From Eledone cirrhosa (taxonomy: Eukaryota): a stretch of DNA of 64,000 bases. Shown here piece after piece: positions 29,580 through 44,248 of this stretch. The stretch's first letter is position 1, and the number at the start of each line of letters is the position of its first letter. The stretch spans positions 37,820,001 to 37,884,000 of the forward strand of contig OZ024749.1 of the NCBI GenBank assembly GCA_964016885.1, given 5' to 3'. The position numbers and the translations under genes were made by a program. Below the pieces are notes generated by a model. That model did no database searches. It had not been told where the DNA came from and saw only the letters and a program-made list of their open reading frames with translations.

Positions 29580-30275
29580 GGTGGTGGTGGTGGTGGTGGT
29601 GTTGGTGGTGGTGGTGGTGGTGGTGGTGGTGGTGGTGGCGGTGGTGTTGGTGGTGGTGGTGGTGGTGTTGGTGGTGGTGGTGGTGGCGGTGGTGGTGGTG
29701 TTGGTGTTGGTGTTGGTGGTGGTGGTGGTGGTGGTGTTGGTGGCAGTGGTGGTGGTGGTGGCAGTGGTGGTGGTGGTGGCAGTGGTGGTGTTGGTGGTGG
29801 CAGTGGTGGTGGTGTTGGTGTTGTTGTTGGTGGTGTTGGTGGTGGTAGCTGTGGCTCTGGTGGTGTTGGTGTTGGTGTTGGTGATGGTGGTGGTGATGGC
29901 AGTGGTGGTGGTGGTGTTCGTGTTGGTGGTGGTGGTGGTGGTGGCAGTGGTAGTTTGGTGTTGTTGATGGTGGCGTTGGTGGTGTTGGTGTTGGTGGTGG
30001 TGGTGGTGGTGGTGGCTTTGGCTGTGGTGGTGTTGGTGTTTGTGTTGGTGATGGTGGTGGTGGTAGCAGTGGTGGTGGTGTTGTTGGTGTTGGTGTTGTT
30101 GGTGGTGGTGGTAGCAGTGGTGATGTCGGTGTTGGTGTTGTTGCTGATGGTGGCAGTGGTGGTGTTGGTGGTGTCGTTGTTGTTGTTGGTGGTGGTGGTG
30201 GAAGTGTTGGAGGTGCTAGTGGTGGTCATGTCAATGGTGGAGGTGGTATTGTTTGCCGTGGTAATGGTGGTGGTG
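29580..30275. repeat. (GGT)n degenerate tract
   Basis: Direct inspection. Confidence 0.9.
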
Positions 30276-30579
30276 CTATATAATTTCTAGGAAGCTTTGT
30301 TAAAGTTATGTTCCAATCATAGCTTAACAAGGAAAATGTGTGCCGCAAATGCCCCCTTGGGTCACCGGATCTTCTCTGGTCAGTTTAATGTAACCTATTA
30401 TTTGTGAAATTTGAATGGATATATGTGGATAGCTAAACTTTTATTGTGTGAAGGTGCGTTGCAGAGAGGTTATAGTGCTGTGTTCATATCATAATCGTAA
30501 GGTCAGGAGTTCGATACCCGGCGTGAGATGAGTGTTGTGTCTTTGAGCAGTGGAAAAATATGGTGAATAATGACGTTGA

Positions 30580-30615
<36 letters not shown>

Positions 30616-30827
30616 CGAGAGAGATGTTAAGTATTTCCGAAGAAAAAGCAAAGGAAAAAAGAGTGCTCTATGTATAGAATAGAGCTATTTAATTAGAAAG
30701 TGAACAACACAATGTATAACTACTACATTACCAAAGGTTTCAGGAGCCTAAACAATATTAACATGCGTCTAGTTCGTTCATCAGACAGAGAGAGATAGTC
30801 AAATTTGCACAAAAGAAGCACGCGTCG

Positions 30828-30964
<137 letters not shown>

Positions 30965-31150
30965 TGTGTGTGTGAATATATGTCCAGTTCGTTTGTCCAC
31001 CAGCTTATAAGAAAAAATTATACATTTTCTAAATATTTTGTCTGAGGAGAACATGTTTTGCTTCATGTTATACATAAAACTTTACATCTTCGAAATATAT
31101 ATAATGAAATAAATAGAGATGATATAAAGCATGCATCTTTCATTTATTAC

Positions 31151-31184
<34 letters not shown>

Positions 31185-31187
<3 letters not shown>

Positions 31188-31265
31188 AACAACAGATTAA
31201 AGTTTAAGGTTTAAGCAAAGAATCGCTGCTTTCACTCTTAATGGGATCTTCGGATTTTAGTCTTC
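31185..31265 (-). mobile_element. Family-E element, second copy
   Basis: Shares aacagattaaagtttaag..caaagaatcgctgctttcac with 944-981, inside (TA)n. Confidence 0.55.
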
Positions 31266-31279
31266 ACATTTATTATTAC

Positions 31280-31328
<49 letters not shown>

Positions 31329-31330
<2 letters not shown>

Positions 31331-31410
31331 CGAAGGAGGTGTGGTAAGGAACCAGATGGACCATAACGTCGAAACGGCTTGAGTTCTGCCGTCGGGGTCA
31401 TACATTTTCC

Positions 31411-31412
<2 letters not shown>
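31329..31412. mobile_element. Family-A element, internally deleted
   Basis: Tail end (aacgaagg..ggaccataacg) fused directly to the inverted arm (tcgaaacggcttgag..ggggtc..ttccta). Confidence 0.65.
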
Positions 31413-31453
<41 letters not shown>

Positions 31454-31648
31454 TCTGTCGGAAGAAGCAACAAAAGAGTGTTTGTTTTATGGAGTTTCCA
31501 AAGACACTAGTTTCGGAAGTGAGGTGGTTGTTACCGGAAATGGTGACCCATCTCACAAACTACTATTATAACCATTTCATTCGCCACACCTCATTCATTA
31601 CATATTTCTCTCTGTGTGTATGAATATGGCTAGGTATCTGTGGGTGTG

Positions 31649-31686
<38 letters not shown>

Positions 31687-31691
31687 CATAA

Positions 31692-31767
<76 letters not shown>

Positions 31768-31865
31768 GTGTGTGTATGTGTGCGTGTGTGTGTGTGTCTT
31801 TCTATGAAAACAAGGGTACATTAAAATCTATTGTTTAAGTTTCAAACAAAAATGACTAAATTCAA

Positions 31866-31962
31866 ATAATTGTTTCTATTTTTGGCACAAGGCCAGCAAT
31901 TACCCAGTGCATTACTGGTACTTTATTTTATCGACCCCGTAAGGATGAAAGGCAAAGTCAAA
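31866..31962 (-). mobile_element. SINE 3' half
   Basis: ggcacaaggccagcaattacccagtgcattactggtactttattttatcgaccccgtaaggatgaaaggcaaag. Confidence 0.8.
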
Positions 31963-32137
31963 TGTTATAAAGAATAACAACAAAACAAAAGGCACTGTAA
32001 GAGCCTCTAAGCAGTCACTAAATCTGCAGGAAATGTTAGCCTAATTTTCCTAGGATGAAATATGATGAAATATCGTAGCCATATTATGAGACAATTAATA
32101 TACAATAGATATTAATTTCTTCCTCTTTTGTGTGTGT

Positions 32138-32210
<73 letters not shown>

Positions 32211-32261
32211 GCGTGTGTGTGTGTGTGTGTCTGTGTGTGTGTGTGTGTGTCTGTGTTTGTG

Positions 32262-32334
<73 letters not shown>

Positions 32335-32889
32335 TTTCTGAATTTGTTTAGCAAAATTCTTTATCTGATGGCGTAGGACAGAACAAAGGAGAGGCACAAA
32401 ACAAAGAAAAGAATCCCCAGTCACTGAAGAGGTCACAGAATGTGTGACGAAAGAACTTTGACAATATATGAACAACCGGAAATTTATAAAAAAAATGTTT
32501 GAAAAAAATTTTTTTTTTTTTTTAATTTATAATAAATTGGAGTGAACGTATATGGTGCGTGTGTTTCTTTTTGGCAACATCACCCTCCCAAAGTATAACA
32601 ATATATATATATATAGCTGCCGATGCGTATGGATGTATATATTCTGTGCTGTTATTAATGTATATTTTCGTATTCTTTAGTAGGTAGCTGAGGCCAGCTG
32701 TAGGTGAAACAGTTAGGTGTAGTAATAAGGTTTAGGTCAAACGAGGGTCTTTTATAATAATTTATTATCATTGTCCCTAGATGGAGGGAGGGCTTTCATT
32801 AATCTCACATGTCAAATAAATTGGAAATTATGAGTGACAAAAGTTAGAACGATGTCCCAACGCCATAACCATATACTACTACTACCACC

Positions 32890-33003
<114 letters not shown>

Positions 33004-33458
33004 TTTGCTGCTGCTGGCAGTCCTCTCACCCTAGCCCATCATCCTCTCTCGCTCTCGCACTCTGTCGCTTGTGTACGTCCCAAATCAGTAGACCGTGACA
33101 TATTTCGTACCAAAAATCAATAAGCAATTTATGTAAAAATAATAATAAAAATAATTATAATAAAATATAAATATTGCTAAGGATTTTTTTTATTTTTTAT
33201 TCGATTCTGTTTCACTATATGAATATATGTATGTGTATATACACACACACTCATATATATATATGTGTGTGGAGAGAGAGAGAGAGAGAAAGAGAGAGGG
33301 GGGAGAGAGATGGAGAGAGTGAGAGAGAGAGTGAGAGAGAGAGAGGGGGAGAGAAAGAGAGAGAGAGCTTGATAATTTAGCAGTATCAAATTTCAAATAA
33401 ATATATAAATTCTTATTTCATTTTTATCTTCAGCTTGCACACTCCTCAAACACATATA

Positions 33459-33547
<89 letters not shown>

Positions 33548-33749
33548 GTGTGTGTGTGTGGGTATGTGATGATATATATACATACATATATATATGTATG
33601 TATGTATATATATCATCACATACACACCACACACACACATACACACATATATATATATATATACACATATACATATACATACACATATACATACACATAC
33701 ACATATACATATATATATGTATGCATATACATATATATGTCTCGTATGT

Positions 33750-33780
<31 letters not shown>

Positions 33781-33818
33781 TATAGATATATAGATATATA
33801 GATATATGTATATATATA

Positions 33819-33906
<88 letters not shown>

Positions 33907-34494
33907 TATTCCTGTTTCACATTATTCACTTTATGTTGATCGGTGGTGAGGTTTTAAGCCTTGCCACCCATCAAAATAAACTGGTCTCCTTTGTTGTCCT
34001 TTTTTTCTCACAAACTTCTACGCTTTAAATTGCAAGAATGTCGAGTTTTATTGCTCTGGATACTGTTATCATCTTTAGTTTGTCAGTTAATGAGGTAAGC
34101 TCCAGATTCAGTTATTCTTTGATCCAGATTGTAGCATTGAATGTAGTAGTCACGCGAATCAATGGTTAAGGCGTTTGGCTGACAATCTTAACGTTATGAG
34201 TTTAATATCCTGACCTATTGTGCGTTGTGTCCTTGAATATTACATTTGTATGTTGTTCCTCTACTCCCAAGTGGTATAAATGAATTGACAAACCGGATTG
34301 TCATTTGCCTTTCCCTTGAACAACATAATATTTGCTTTATAGTTTGTAAATAGTGCATATATGAGTTGCAGCAACACTGGAGCCAAACTCTATTGGCATT
34401 CGCCTTGTGTATGATACCATACTATACTTCTGTGTCGTTAGGTTTCCTCTCCTACTGTGAGTGATATGCTGTACTGTTGTCATGTTATATCCAA

Positions 34495-34780
34495 GCGAAG
34501 GCCCGTGGCTGTGGTGTTAAGGAGTTCGGTTCATAATCGTAAGGTTGTGAATCCGATTCCAGGCGGCCTTTTGACTTCATTTTCAAGGCACCTTGTTCGA
34601 AAAAATGAGTTATACCTGTAATTCACAGGGCTAGCCTTGTCACAATTGTGTTACTCCCAATTTTCACGAGAACGGCGTCAAAACTACACTTAACTGTGTA
34701 AGACACACCTACTTGCACGTTAAATTCTCAAGCAGGCTATACCGTTGTTCGATCAACTGAAACGCTCGTCAGCGGAGCGA
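34495..34780 (+). mobile_element. Second SINE family copy
   Basis: gaaggcccgtggctgtggtgttaagg head, cataatcgtaaggt shared with 30489, then body ccttgtcaca..gatcaactgaaacgctcgtc. Confidence 0.6.
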
Positions 34781-35288
34781 TGAAGGTCCAACAAAACTAT
34801 GCTATATCTAGCACACCCACTGTGTACGATATACCATACTATATCGTTCATTGGAAGCGAAAAACAAACCTTTTGATATTTGATATTAATTTCAAATTAA
34901 GTTTCCATTATTCACATCATTTAATCAAGCAACAGACTACGTTTAGTTTGTCATGGCGATTAATTAAGAATATCAAAGAAACTAACTTTTGATTTTTGAG
35001 TTCGCTTTGGTTCATCCTATCCCTTCTCCTTCCTTCCCCAGTGCCTTCATCTTTTATAAAGTGTAAGGGCGAGGACTTGGTTGTGTGGTTGTGGTAAATT
35101 ATTGCCAGATTGTTCCATTTCTGCATCACTACATTTGCATAGATATAAGATATTGTTGTGGCTATTAATTATGGCAACAACAACAGCAATAAGCATAATT
35201 TTATCAATGTTAATAACGATGATATGATTAATAATGATAATAATAAACGATATTAATTATTAATATTACTATTATTATTATTCATTCA

Positions 35289-35523
35289 GGGCGGTGGATT
35301 GGCAGTATCGGTAGAGAGTCGGACACCATGCTTTGCAACATAGAGTTACGGCCCTTTACGGTCTGAGTTTAAATGACGCCGAGGTTAACTTTGCCTTTCA
35401 TCCTTAAGAGGTCGATAAAATAAAGTACCAGTCACACACCGGGGTCGATTTAATCGACTTTCCCCCCCCCCCCCAAAAAAAAATTGCTGGCCTTGTGACT
35501 ATATAAGAAACCATTATTATTAT
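35289..35523 (+). mobile_element. Full-length SINE, long-tail form
   Basis: A and B boxes, conserved body and (ATT)n tail. Confidence 0.85.
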
Positions 35524-35875
35524 TCCTTCCTGTCTCGACACAATGTCGTAAATCGCCCCGTAAGTTTGTTCCATTTTCGCACTGCTATTCAATCTCTCTT
35601 ATTAAACGGTTGTTACTGTTTTGTAGTTAAACTAACCAGTATCTTCACAGAACTGATTAGTTTAGCTCAACCTGTAGCCCTTAGGGGATAAAACTCTGTT
35701 TGTTTATCAAATACGCCCCTCAATATTTTGTGGAAAATAAATGGCGGACAAAAATGTTGCATCCGCTAAACGGAATGGCCGGATGTCCATATAATGGAAC
35801 AGCCAAATTTCAGAAAACAATTACAGCAGCAGTAGCAGGAACAACAACAACAGCACCAATAGCAAAAGTAACAGT

Positions 35876-36066
35876 AATAACTGTTTCTACTTTTAGCACA
35901 AGGCCAGCAATTATCCCAGTGTATTACTGGTACTTTATTTTATCTACCCCGTAAGGATGAAAGGCAAAGTTAACCTCGGCGGGATTTCAACTCAGATCAT
36001 AAAGGGCCGTAACTCTTTGTTCCAAAGCATGGCGTCCGATCTTCTACCGATACTGCCAATCCACCA
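35876..36066 (-). mobile_element. Full-length SINE, short-tail form
   Basis: Same family on the minus strand. Confidence 0.85.
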
Positions 36067-36394
36067 AAAGTAACAGTAATAACAACAATAGCTACCAAAA
36101 CATAATATATTGTGCAACACCCGTAAATGAAATAGACCTTTCACCTCTGCCAATGTCCGCTACTATAAACGCAGCCAGCCCCACCGAAATAACAGTAAGC
36201 ACATCTAACACCAATACATAGCCGTAAACATTGTCGTGGTCACAATAAAAAAAAAAACAGGAAATAAGAAGGTTTTACATTCGTCCCTTTCCTAAAATGT
36301 TAGTGAAAAGGAAATAAATATGAAACATTACAGTAAAGAAATGAAATCGTCACTCGAAACCTGTACGCAGGATTTTTACTATCTCGTCTAAGAT

Positions 36395-36775
36395 TGATTT
36401 CTAGCTTAGGTACAAGGTCACACAATTTAAACGGAGAAAACAGTCAGCGGAAATGAGACCTCCATACCCAATTGGTACATTATTTTATCAACATCAGAAT
36501 GATAAAAGTTAAAGTTGACGTCGGTGTGATTTGAACTCAAAACCTAGAAAAACGTACCTAGATACTGGTTTCTAATTTAGGTAGAAGATTCATAGATTTA
36601 AGGGAGGGCAAATCCGATTAAATAGACCCCAGTACTTAACTGCTATTTTATTTTATTGACCCCGGAAATATAAATGATTCAGTTGCCTTCGGAGCGATTT
36701 GAACTCAGAACGTAGAGGATCGTAACAAAATACAGCCAACCATTTTGCCCAACGTCCTACCGATTCTGACAATCA
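36395..36775 (-). mobile_element. Degenerate tandem SINE pair
   Basis: Two copies of gatttgaactca with decayed bodies. Confidence 0.6.
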
Positions 36776-37549
36776 ACAATATTTTTTCTGTTCCTAGCAA
36801 TTATTTCTACCCAGATTCATTTTGTCTGAGACTAAGGATTCTGCTACTCCACACCGCTTAACCACTACTCCCTTACTGATGTCTATGTTTTTCCTAAACT
36901 TTATATTTGCGATTGTGAGGTCTTCATACTTTTCTAGTTGGTATTAAATTTAGTGTCATAATTGAATGGCAATATCTACAGGGGGGAGCGGAAGTGTCAT
37001 GGCTGTTCCGGAACTGTGTTCCCCGGTGAGCTTATATGCCACTTACTCACACATTAACTTCCTTCAATACACCCTGACACTCTGCCACCCCCGTCACCAG
37101 ACAGCTTCATCACTCACAGACTCCCCCACCGTTATCAACCCCGACATGATGGCTTCACAAATTTGTGATTAAAACTCTCAACTTACTGCCTCTTCCTAAC
37201 TGCTTACTAACCGTGCACTTTACATTGTGAACTCGAATACATGCATGACACGACCTAAGTGCATGTATGGAACAATGTTACACCATAGAGTGCACACTGA
37301 TATTGACATTGTTACCATTAATGAGGAATTGCAACTGAATGAAGGGTAGGTCGGGTGGATGGTAATGTTAAAATATCGCATAGCATAAAAACATCCACCG
37401 ACACAACATTTCAAACCAGTGAAACTTCATCATCAAAACCGGACCACCAAACTACCAACACTCCATCCCCTTCCTGACAGTAAAGTAAGGATATCACATG
37501 TGAAGTAGATAGCGAACAAGTGAATATCTATCTATCTATACCTCCCCCT

Positions 37550-37580
<31 letters not shown>

Positions 37581-37589
37581 CTATATGTT

Positions 37590-37722
37590 TATGCCGGGTT
37601 CAATCGGGGGTAACCACAGAAAGTAAGGTATTCAATACAAAGCAGAGTATAAATATTTAATATAGAAATGGCTTCTACAGGACTAGAACTGTTTTATTCG
37701 GGAGAAATAATCAGGAAGCCCA
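37590..37722 (-). mobile_element. Family-D element with decayed hammerhead
   Basis: Minus strand reads GGCUUC CUGAUuA UUUC-UCCC-GAAU aAAA CAG-UUCUAGUC-CUG UA GAAGCC, followed by a tail. Confidence 0.6.
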
Positions 37723-37723
37723 C

Positions 37724-37833
<110 letters not shown>

Positions 37834-37975
37834 GTGTGTGTGGGTGTGTGTGTGTGCGTGTGTGTGTAAGTGAATCCCGGGTTCAATCGGGCTTAGCCAC
37901 GCTGAGTTAGGTTCTCAAAATATTATTAGGATGTAAATATCATGTTTAGAATAGAAGCTATTTCTATATTAAACA

Positions 37976-38028
<53 letters not shown>

Positions 38029-38904
38029 GGCATGTATGTATGACATTTCTTCCTAATTTATTTAGACTTTTAGTTGCATATTCAACATCATTAAACTGTG
38101 TGTATGAGAGAGAGAGAGAGAGAACATAGGAGAAGGGGCATGCGTATGTATGCGTGTTATATATAATATAAACATATAAACATGATTACATATCCCAACT
38201 AGGGTTTCATTTAAACCGCTTTTTGTTACCAGCAGTACACATTACACATCAATGTATTTAGAATAAATACCCGATAGCATCTATCGCTCTCCGAACTAAT
38301 CGTGCCTTTTGTTACATCAATTGATATTTACCATAGATGAGAAGATTCTGGTTTGAAATTCATAAGAAATTATTTAGACAAATGTTGATAGTTGGAAAAT
38401 AATTATTTTCTTTCATTTAGAATGAGAATATAGAGATGAACAATAAGGAGTTTCTCTTCATCCATTCCTAAATGCTGGATTTATATTTAATACAAGACCA
38501 CCCGTGACCCGTTGGGTTACTTTCCCTTCAAAATATTTTTTTTAAATCATATTCACTTAAAAATAATTTTTTAAATAATTAAAATATACACAGATATTTA
38601 TGTAATCTGAAATGAAACACGAAAAGCCAAAGCCAATATATATATACGTTTGTGTATGTGTATATATAAATGTGTGTCTTTGTATACACACATATATATA
38701 TATATATATGTATGTATGTGTGTGTGTATATATATATATGTGTGGGTGTCTGTGATCTATATACACTGGTCATAGAGACACAGACACATATACACACACA
38801 TATAAATACACACACACTCACATATATATACACAACACCACTCGCTTTCTCTCTTCCATTCTCCTACTCTGTCTCCTCTCCCTCTCTCTATGTCTCTCTT
38901 TCAA

Positions 38905-38994
<90 letters not shown>

Positions 38995-39009
38995 ATCTAT
39001 CTATCTCTG

Positions 39010-39234
39010 TGTATGAAGGTACCCAGAAAACCCCATATCTCGGGAACCCGTGCTTCGATTTACGCGAATTTTGTTTTATTCCATTTGTATTCCCATTTCA
39101 GGGGCAATTTCAGGGGCAATTTCAGGGGCCATTTCAAAGTATTTTCCCATTATGCGCCCTTTTGGCTGTATTACATTACAGACAAGAAAGCAAGCAAGCA
39201 AGCAAGCAATCACAGACTTTTAGTAATATATAGA
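39010..39234 (+). mobile_element. Possible non-autonomous Helentron/DINE-like element
   Basis: Internal 12-bp tandem (atttcaggggca)x3, (GCAA)n and terminus cttttagtaatatatagat. Confidence 0.3.
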
Positions 39235-39617
39235 TTGTTCAGGCAATGTTTGTTTCTTTTCAAATAGCACCGAGACCACCTTTACGTTACTGCATCCCCA
39301 GTCGATAAAATAATATACCAGTTAAATGTTCGTGTCGATTTGATCGGCTCTTCTCCTCAATTAAAAGGATGGCCTTACGTAAAAAATGTTATCATTTTGT
39401 TCCCTCTCTCTACATTCTGCCTTCAAACCCCCGCCGAGGACAAATAAATAACATATAAGTACTGAAGGTGATATAATTGAACTTACCTTCCCGCCAAATT
39501 TCTTGCCTTGTGCCTAAAATAGACAGAATTGTGATTATTGTTATTGCTTTTATCATTATTAATTCTGGTAAAGAAATGAAGGGGAAACAAATCGGATTTT
39601 TAATTATTTAATATTCA

Positions 39618-40392
39618 TTGGTGGATTGGCAGTATCGGTAGAGGGCCGGACGCCATGCTTTGACGCATAGAGTTACGGCCCTTGCCATTCTGAGTTCAAA
39701 TCCCGCCGAGGTTAACTTTGCCTTTCATCCTTACGGGGTCGATAAAATAAAATACCAGTAATGTACTGGTTAATTGCTGGCCTGGTGCCTAATGTAGAAA
39801 CAATTATAGATAGAATACAGCTGAATACGATCTGTACTATTTCTGGCGTTATTAGGGATGACTTTCATCGGGATCCATAAAATAAAGCACCTATAAGTAC
39901 TGGGATCGATTTAATCGTTTCCCCTCCCCCAAAATTGCTGGCCTTGTGCCTAAAGAAGAAACAATTATTATTATGTTTATTATTATTACTATTGTAGGAC
40001 GGTGGATTGGCAGTATCGGTAGAAGGTCGGACGCCATGCTTTGCAGCATAGAGTTACAGCACTTTATGATCTGAGTTCAAGTCCCGCCGAGGTTAACTTT
40101 GCCTTTCATCCTTACGGGGTAGATAAAATAAAGTACCAGTCACCCACTGAGGTCGATTTAATCGACATTCCCCTCCCCCAAAATTGCTGGCCTTGTGCCA
40201 ACAGTAGAAACATTATTATTATTATTATTATGCTTTGACGCATAGAGTTACGGCCCTTGCTATTCTGAGTTCAAATCCTGCCGAGGTTAACTTTGCCTTT
40301 CATCCTTACGGGGTCGATAAAATAAAGTACCAGTAATGTACTGGGTAATTGCTGGCCTTGTGCCCAAACTAGAAAGATTATTATTATTATTG
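39618..40392 (+). mobile_element. Tandem SINE cluster (about 4 units)
   Basis: Units at about 39618-39805, 39860-39975, 39998-40228 and 40229-40392. Confidence 0.85.
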
Positions 40393-40860
40393 TTGTAGTT
40401 CTTGTTGTTGTTGTTATGTGATTCAACCACTGGAAGTCAATTAAGTGAATTAGCTTTGTTTCATTTACACACACACACACACACACACAGACACACACAC
40501 ACACACACACACCACATGGTATACGCATATGCGTACTCACTCGGTGTGACACATATACATATATTCACATACTCTATTTAACACGGGCATACACATATAC
40601 TCTGTGGCACACATAAACACATCTGTTCTTGGATATATACACCCTCTCACACACTCGTACTCTCCCACAGACACACACACACACACTGACAGGCAGGCAA
40701 ACACACCTCCATGAATATTCTACACTCAAGTACTCGGTCACACTCCACTCCAATCCATATTGTCACCATATTTTGACCTGTCTCTCTCCACTCATGGACA
40801 CTGAGTAAAACACTGAAAACACCACCCCATCGTCATATATATATATATGTGTGTGCGTGT

Positions 40861-41010
40861 GTATTTAATATAGAAATAGCTTCTACAGGACTAGAACTGT
40901 TTCATTCGGGAGAAATCTTCAGTTTTAGTCATGTAAAAGTCATTTCTATGTTAAATATTTATACTCTGCTATGTATTGAGTACCTTACTTACTGTGGTTA
41001 TCCCCGAGCT
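40861..41010. mobile_element. Family-D foldback element with intact hammerhead core on the inverted arm
   Basis: Minus strand 40879-40922 reads CUGAAGA UUUC-UCCC-GAAU GAAA CAG..CUG UA GAAGC. Arms are 40861-40892 and 40925-40958, and the tail matches the reverse complement of 37605-37665. Confidence 0.6.
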
Positions 41011-41082
41011 GGACATATCGGAGTATTGACGGAGTAAAGTACTTTAACAACATGTGTACCTGTCTCTACCACACCAATTCGG

Positions 41083-41132
41083 ACTGCCTGAAGATGTCAC
41101 CGAAATATATATAGTAGTACATCTTTAATAAA
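41083..41132 (+). ncRNA. Minimal hammerhead motif followed by AATAAA
   Basis: Reads ACUGC CUGAAGA UGUCACC GAAA UAUAUAUA^ GUAGU, with a palindromic stem III region and a poly(A) signal at 41127. Confidence 0.55.
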
Positions 41133-41197
41133 CGAAGCCAAATTTTAAATATTTGACTTAATTATTTTATTTTATATATATATATATATGTATATAA

Positions 41198-41253
<56 letters not shown>

Positions 41254-41257
<4 letters not shown>

Positions 41258-41620
41258 GTTAAACAGAACACCGGGGGGCATATATATCATTGTTGAAGGT
41301 GCAGGTGAAGGAGTGGCGGATATGGAATGAACAGTTGGGGCCTGTGGGCGTGGTGAGGATGGAAATGAGAGGACCAGTGTTACAGCGGGGACGAGAACAA
41401 GGATGAGAGCCGGGTGGAGTCCTGGGGGAGGACAAAGTGCAAGTTAATTGCGTCCATAGGTGGTATGCTAAATGTACACTCGACGCTCTTGGGGTGCAGA
41501 GCATCAATAGTGCGAGTGTACATGTTAAAACATATCCGAGGAGCTTCTGATTCCAGAGTCAGGTTCAATTATTAATAGATCGTTCCTCGAGCCGATCAAC
41601 AGTGAAACATATGTAATATG
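41254..41620 (-). mobile_element. TA-flanked element with hammerhead 3' half (related fragment at 535-592)
   Basis: Shares tgcgtccatagg(c/t)ggtatgc with 541-560. Minus strand has stem III GCUCU..AGAGC GUC flanked by UGUACACUC/GAGUGUACA. Confidence 0.4.
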
Positions 41621-41673
41621 TAATTAAATATGTATATGATGCAACACTCATTCTTTGTTCTCTTATATATTAA

Positions 41674-41735
<62 letters not shown>

Positions 41736-41821
41736 ATATATATGCATGTATATATATAAATATACATACATACATATACATATATATATATTTGTATATA
41801 TATGCATGTCTATATATAAAT

Positions 41822-41873
<52 letters not shown>

Positions 41874-41915
41874 GTATAAATGCATGTCTATATATAAATA
41901 TACATACATACATAC

Positions 41916-41965
<50 letters not shown>

Positions 41966-41967
41966 GT

Positions 41968-41999
<32 letters not shown>

Positions 42000-42072
42000 T
42001 TGTATATATATGCATGTATATATATAAATATACATACATACATATACACATACATATATATATATATATATA

Positions 42073-42136
<64 letters not shown>

Positions 42137-42867
42137 CGTGGTGCGTGTGTGTACATACATATTTGTATATGTACATATTTAGGCGCACGCACACAAACAT
42201 ACCCTCATACACTACATTAGACTGCAATAAACATATTTCACATCCAGTTGGCGCCGTTCCAATATATACATTATTCTCGCACCAGGTGGAGCTGTTGTAC
42301 GGACAAGGTCGGCCATGTTGGATGATTACCTATCTAGATTAAACCACTTTTTGCTGTCATATTTCTTTAGTGGTTTTGGTGTTGTTGTTGTTGTTGTTGT
42401 TACCGTCGTCGTTGTTGTAGTTATTATTGTTGCTTGTGAGGGCGGGTGGAATGGCAGAATCGGTAGAGGGTCGGACGCCAAGGCTTTGCAGCAAAGAGTT
42501 ACGTCCCTTTATGGTCTGAGTTCAAGTGGTGGTGTTTCTGATGCTAGTGATGGTGTTGCTGATGCTAGTTGTGGTGGTGGTGGTGGTGGTGGTGGTGGTG
42601 GTGATGTGGTGGTGGTGTTGATGGTGGTAGTAGTAGTAGTAGTGGTGATGGTGGTGCTGGTGGTGGTGGTGTGGTGGTGGTGTTGATGGTGATGGTGGTG
42701 GTAGTAGTAGTGGTGGTTGTGGTTGTGGTTGTGGTTGTGGTTGTTATGGTGGTGTTGGTACTTGTGTTATTACTGCTGCTGGTGGCTGTGGTTGTTGTGG
42801 TAGTTGTGGTGGTGTTGGTACGTGTATTATTGCTGTTGGTGGTAGTTGTGGTACGCTTGTTATTTTG

Positions 42868-43365
42868 ATTGGCAGTGGTCGTTAGAGCGTCGGACACCAT
42901 GCTTTGACGCATACCAGTCACGCACTGGAGTCGATTTAATCGACATTCCCTTCCCCCAAAATTGCTGGCCTTGTGCCTTATATAAGAAACCATTATTATT
43001 ATCGTAGGACGGTGGTTTGGCAGTATCGGTAGAATGTCGGACGCCATGCTTTGCAGCATAGAGTTATGGCTCTTTACTTTGTGAGTTCAAATATCGCCGA
43101 GGTTAGGTCATCCTTTCATGGTCGATAAAATAAAGTACCAGTAATGCACTGGGGTAATTGCTGGCCTTGTGCCAACAGTAGAAACATTATTATTATTATT
43201 ATTATTATTATGCTTTGACGCATAGAGTTACGGCCCTTGCTATTCTCAGTTCAAATCCAGCCGAGGTTAATTTTTGCCTTTCATCCTTACGGGCTCGATA
43301 AAATAAAGTACCAGTAATACACTGGTATAATTGCTGGCCTTGTGCCAAAAGTATAACCAATTATT
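42868..43365 (+). mobile_element. Tandem SINE cluster (3 units)
   Basis: Same family, with an isolated head also at 42438-42525. Confidence 0.85.
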
Positions 43366-43431
43366 AACAGTGTTACTGTTGTTGCAGTCACCGTTGTTAT
43401 TGTTTAGCTCCAGATAAAAGTGTTAGAGATA

Positions 43432-43620
43432 TAATTGTTTCTACTTTAGGCACAAGGCCAGCAATTACCCAGTGCATTACTGGTACTTTATTTTATCGAC
43501 CCCGTAAGGATGAAAGGCAAAGTTAACCTCGGCGGGTTTTGAACTCAGAATGACAAGGGCCGTAACTCTATGCGTCAAAGCATGGCGTCCGACCCTCTAC
43601 CTATACTGCCAATCCACCGA
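43432..43620 (-). mobile_element. Full-length SINE, tail-to-tail with the preceding cluster
   Basis: Same family on the minus strand. Confidence 0.85.
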
Positions 43621-43892
43621 GAGATATAATGATACAAATTCCTTCCATTTTATTTTTCATTTTTTCTTTTTTTTTGCCATTCATCGTCTACCTAGGACTA
43701 TAATGTACTATGTGTCCTCAGTTTTCTATTACGCCACTAGTGCAAGTTTGTTTCTTTTGTGAGTGATGATGGGGAGTTATGGAGTACGTATTGTGGGCAT
43801 CGTCTAATGGGTTGTACTCTCTCCTTGAGCTTCTGTTCGCCACACGCACACATATACGTTTGTATGTATATATATATATGTATATGTGTGTG

Positions 43893-43991
<99 letters not shown>

Positions 43992-44082
43992 CGAAAGAAA
44001 TGTGGTAAGGAACCAGGTGGACCATAACGCACCAAAGTACTCAATACTTAGGGTAGTAGAGTGGGTAATAGGAACAAGTAAG

Positions 44083-44176
44083 ACCCCGACGGCTGAGCTC
44101 AAGCCGTTTCGACGGCTAATTCTGGACTGAATGAAAATTTATTCTGGTATTTAAATAGCCGAGCTTATCAAGGGGT
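44083..44176 (-). ncRNA. Mirror copy of the family-A U3:A8 hammerhead on the minus strand
   Basis: Exact inverted repeat of 44249-44342. Confidence 0.75.
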
Positions 44177-44248
44177 AATTCCATAATCAAGGGGTAACTT
44201 GTGATGTGACCAATCCTGGTGATTATCTCTTTGACCATATATGGAATT

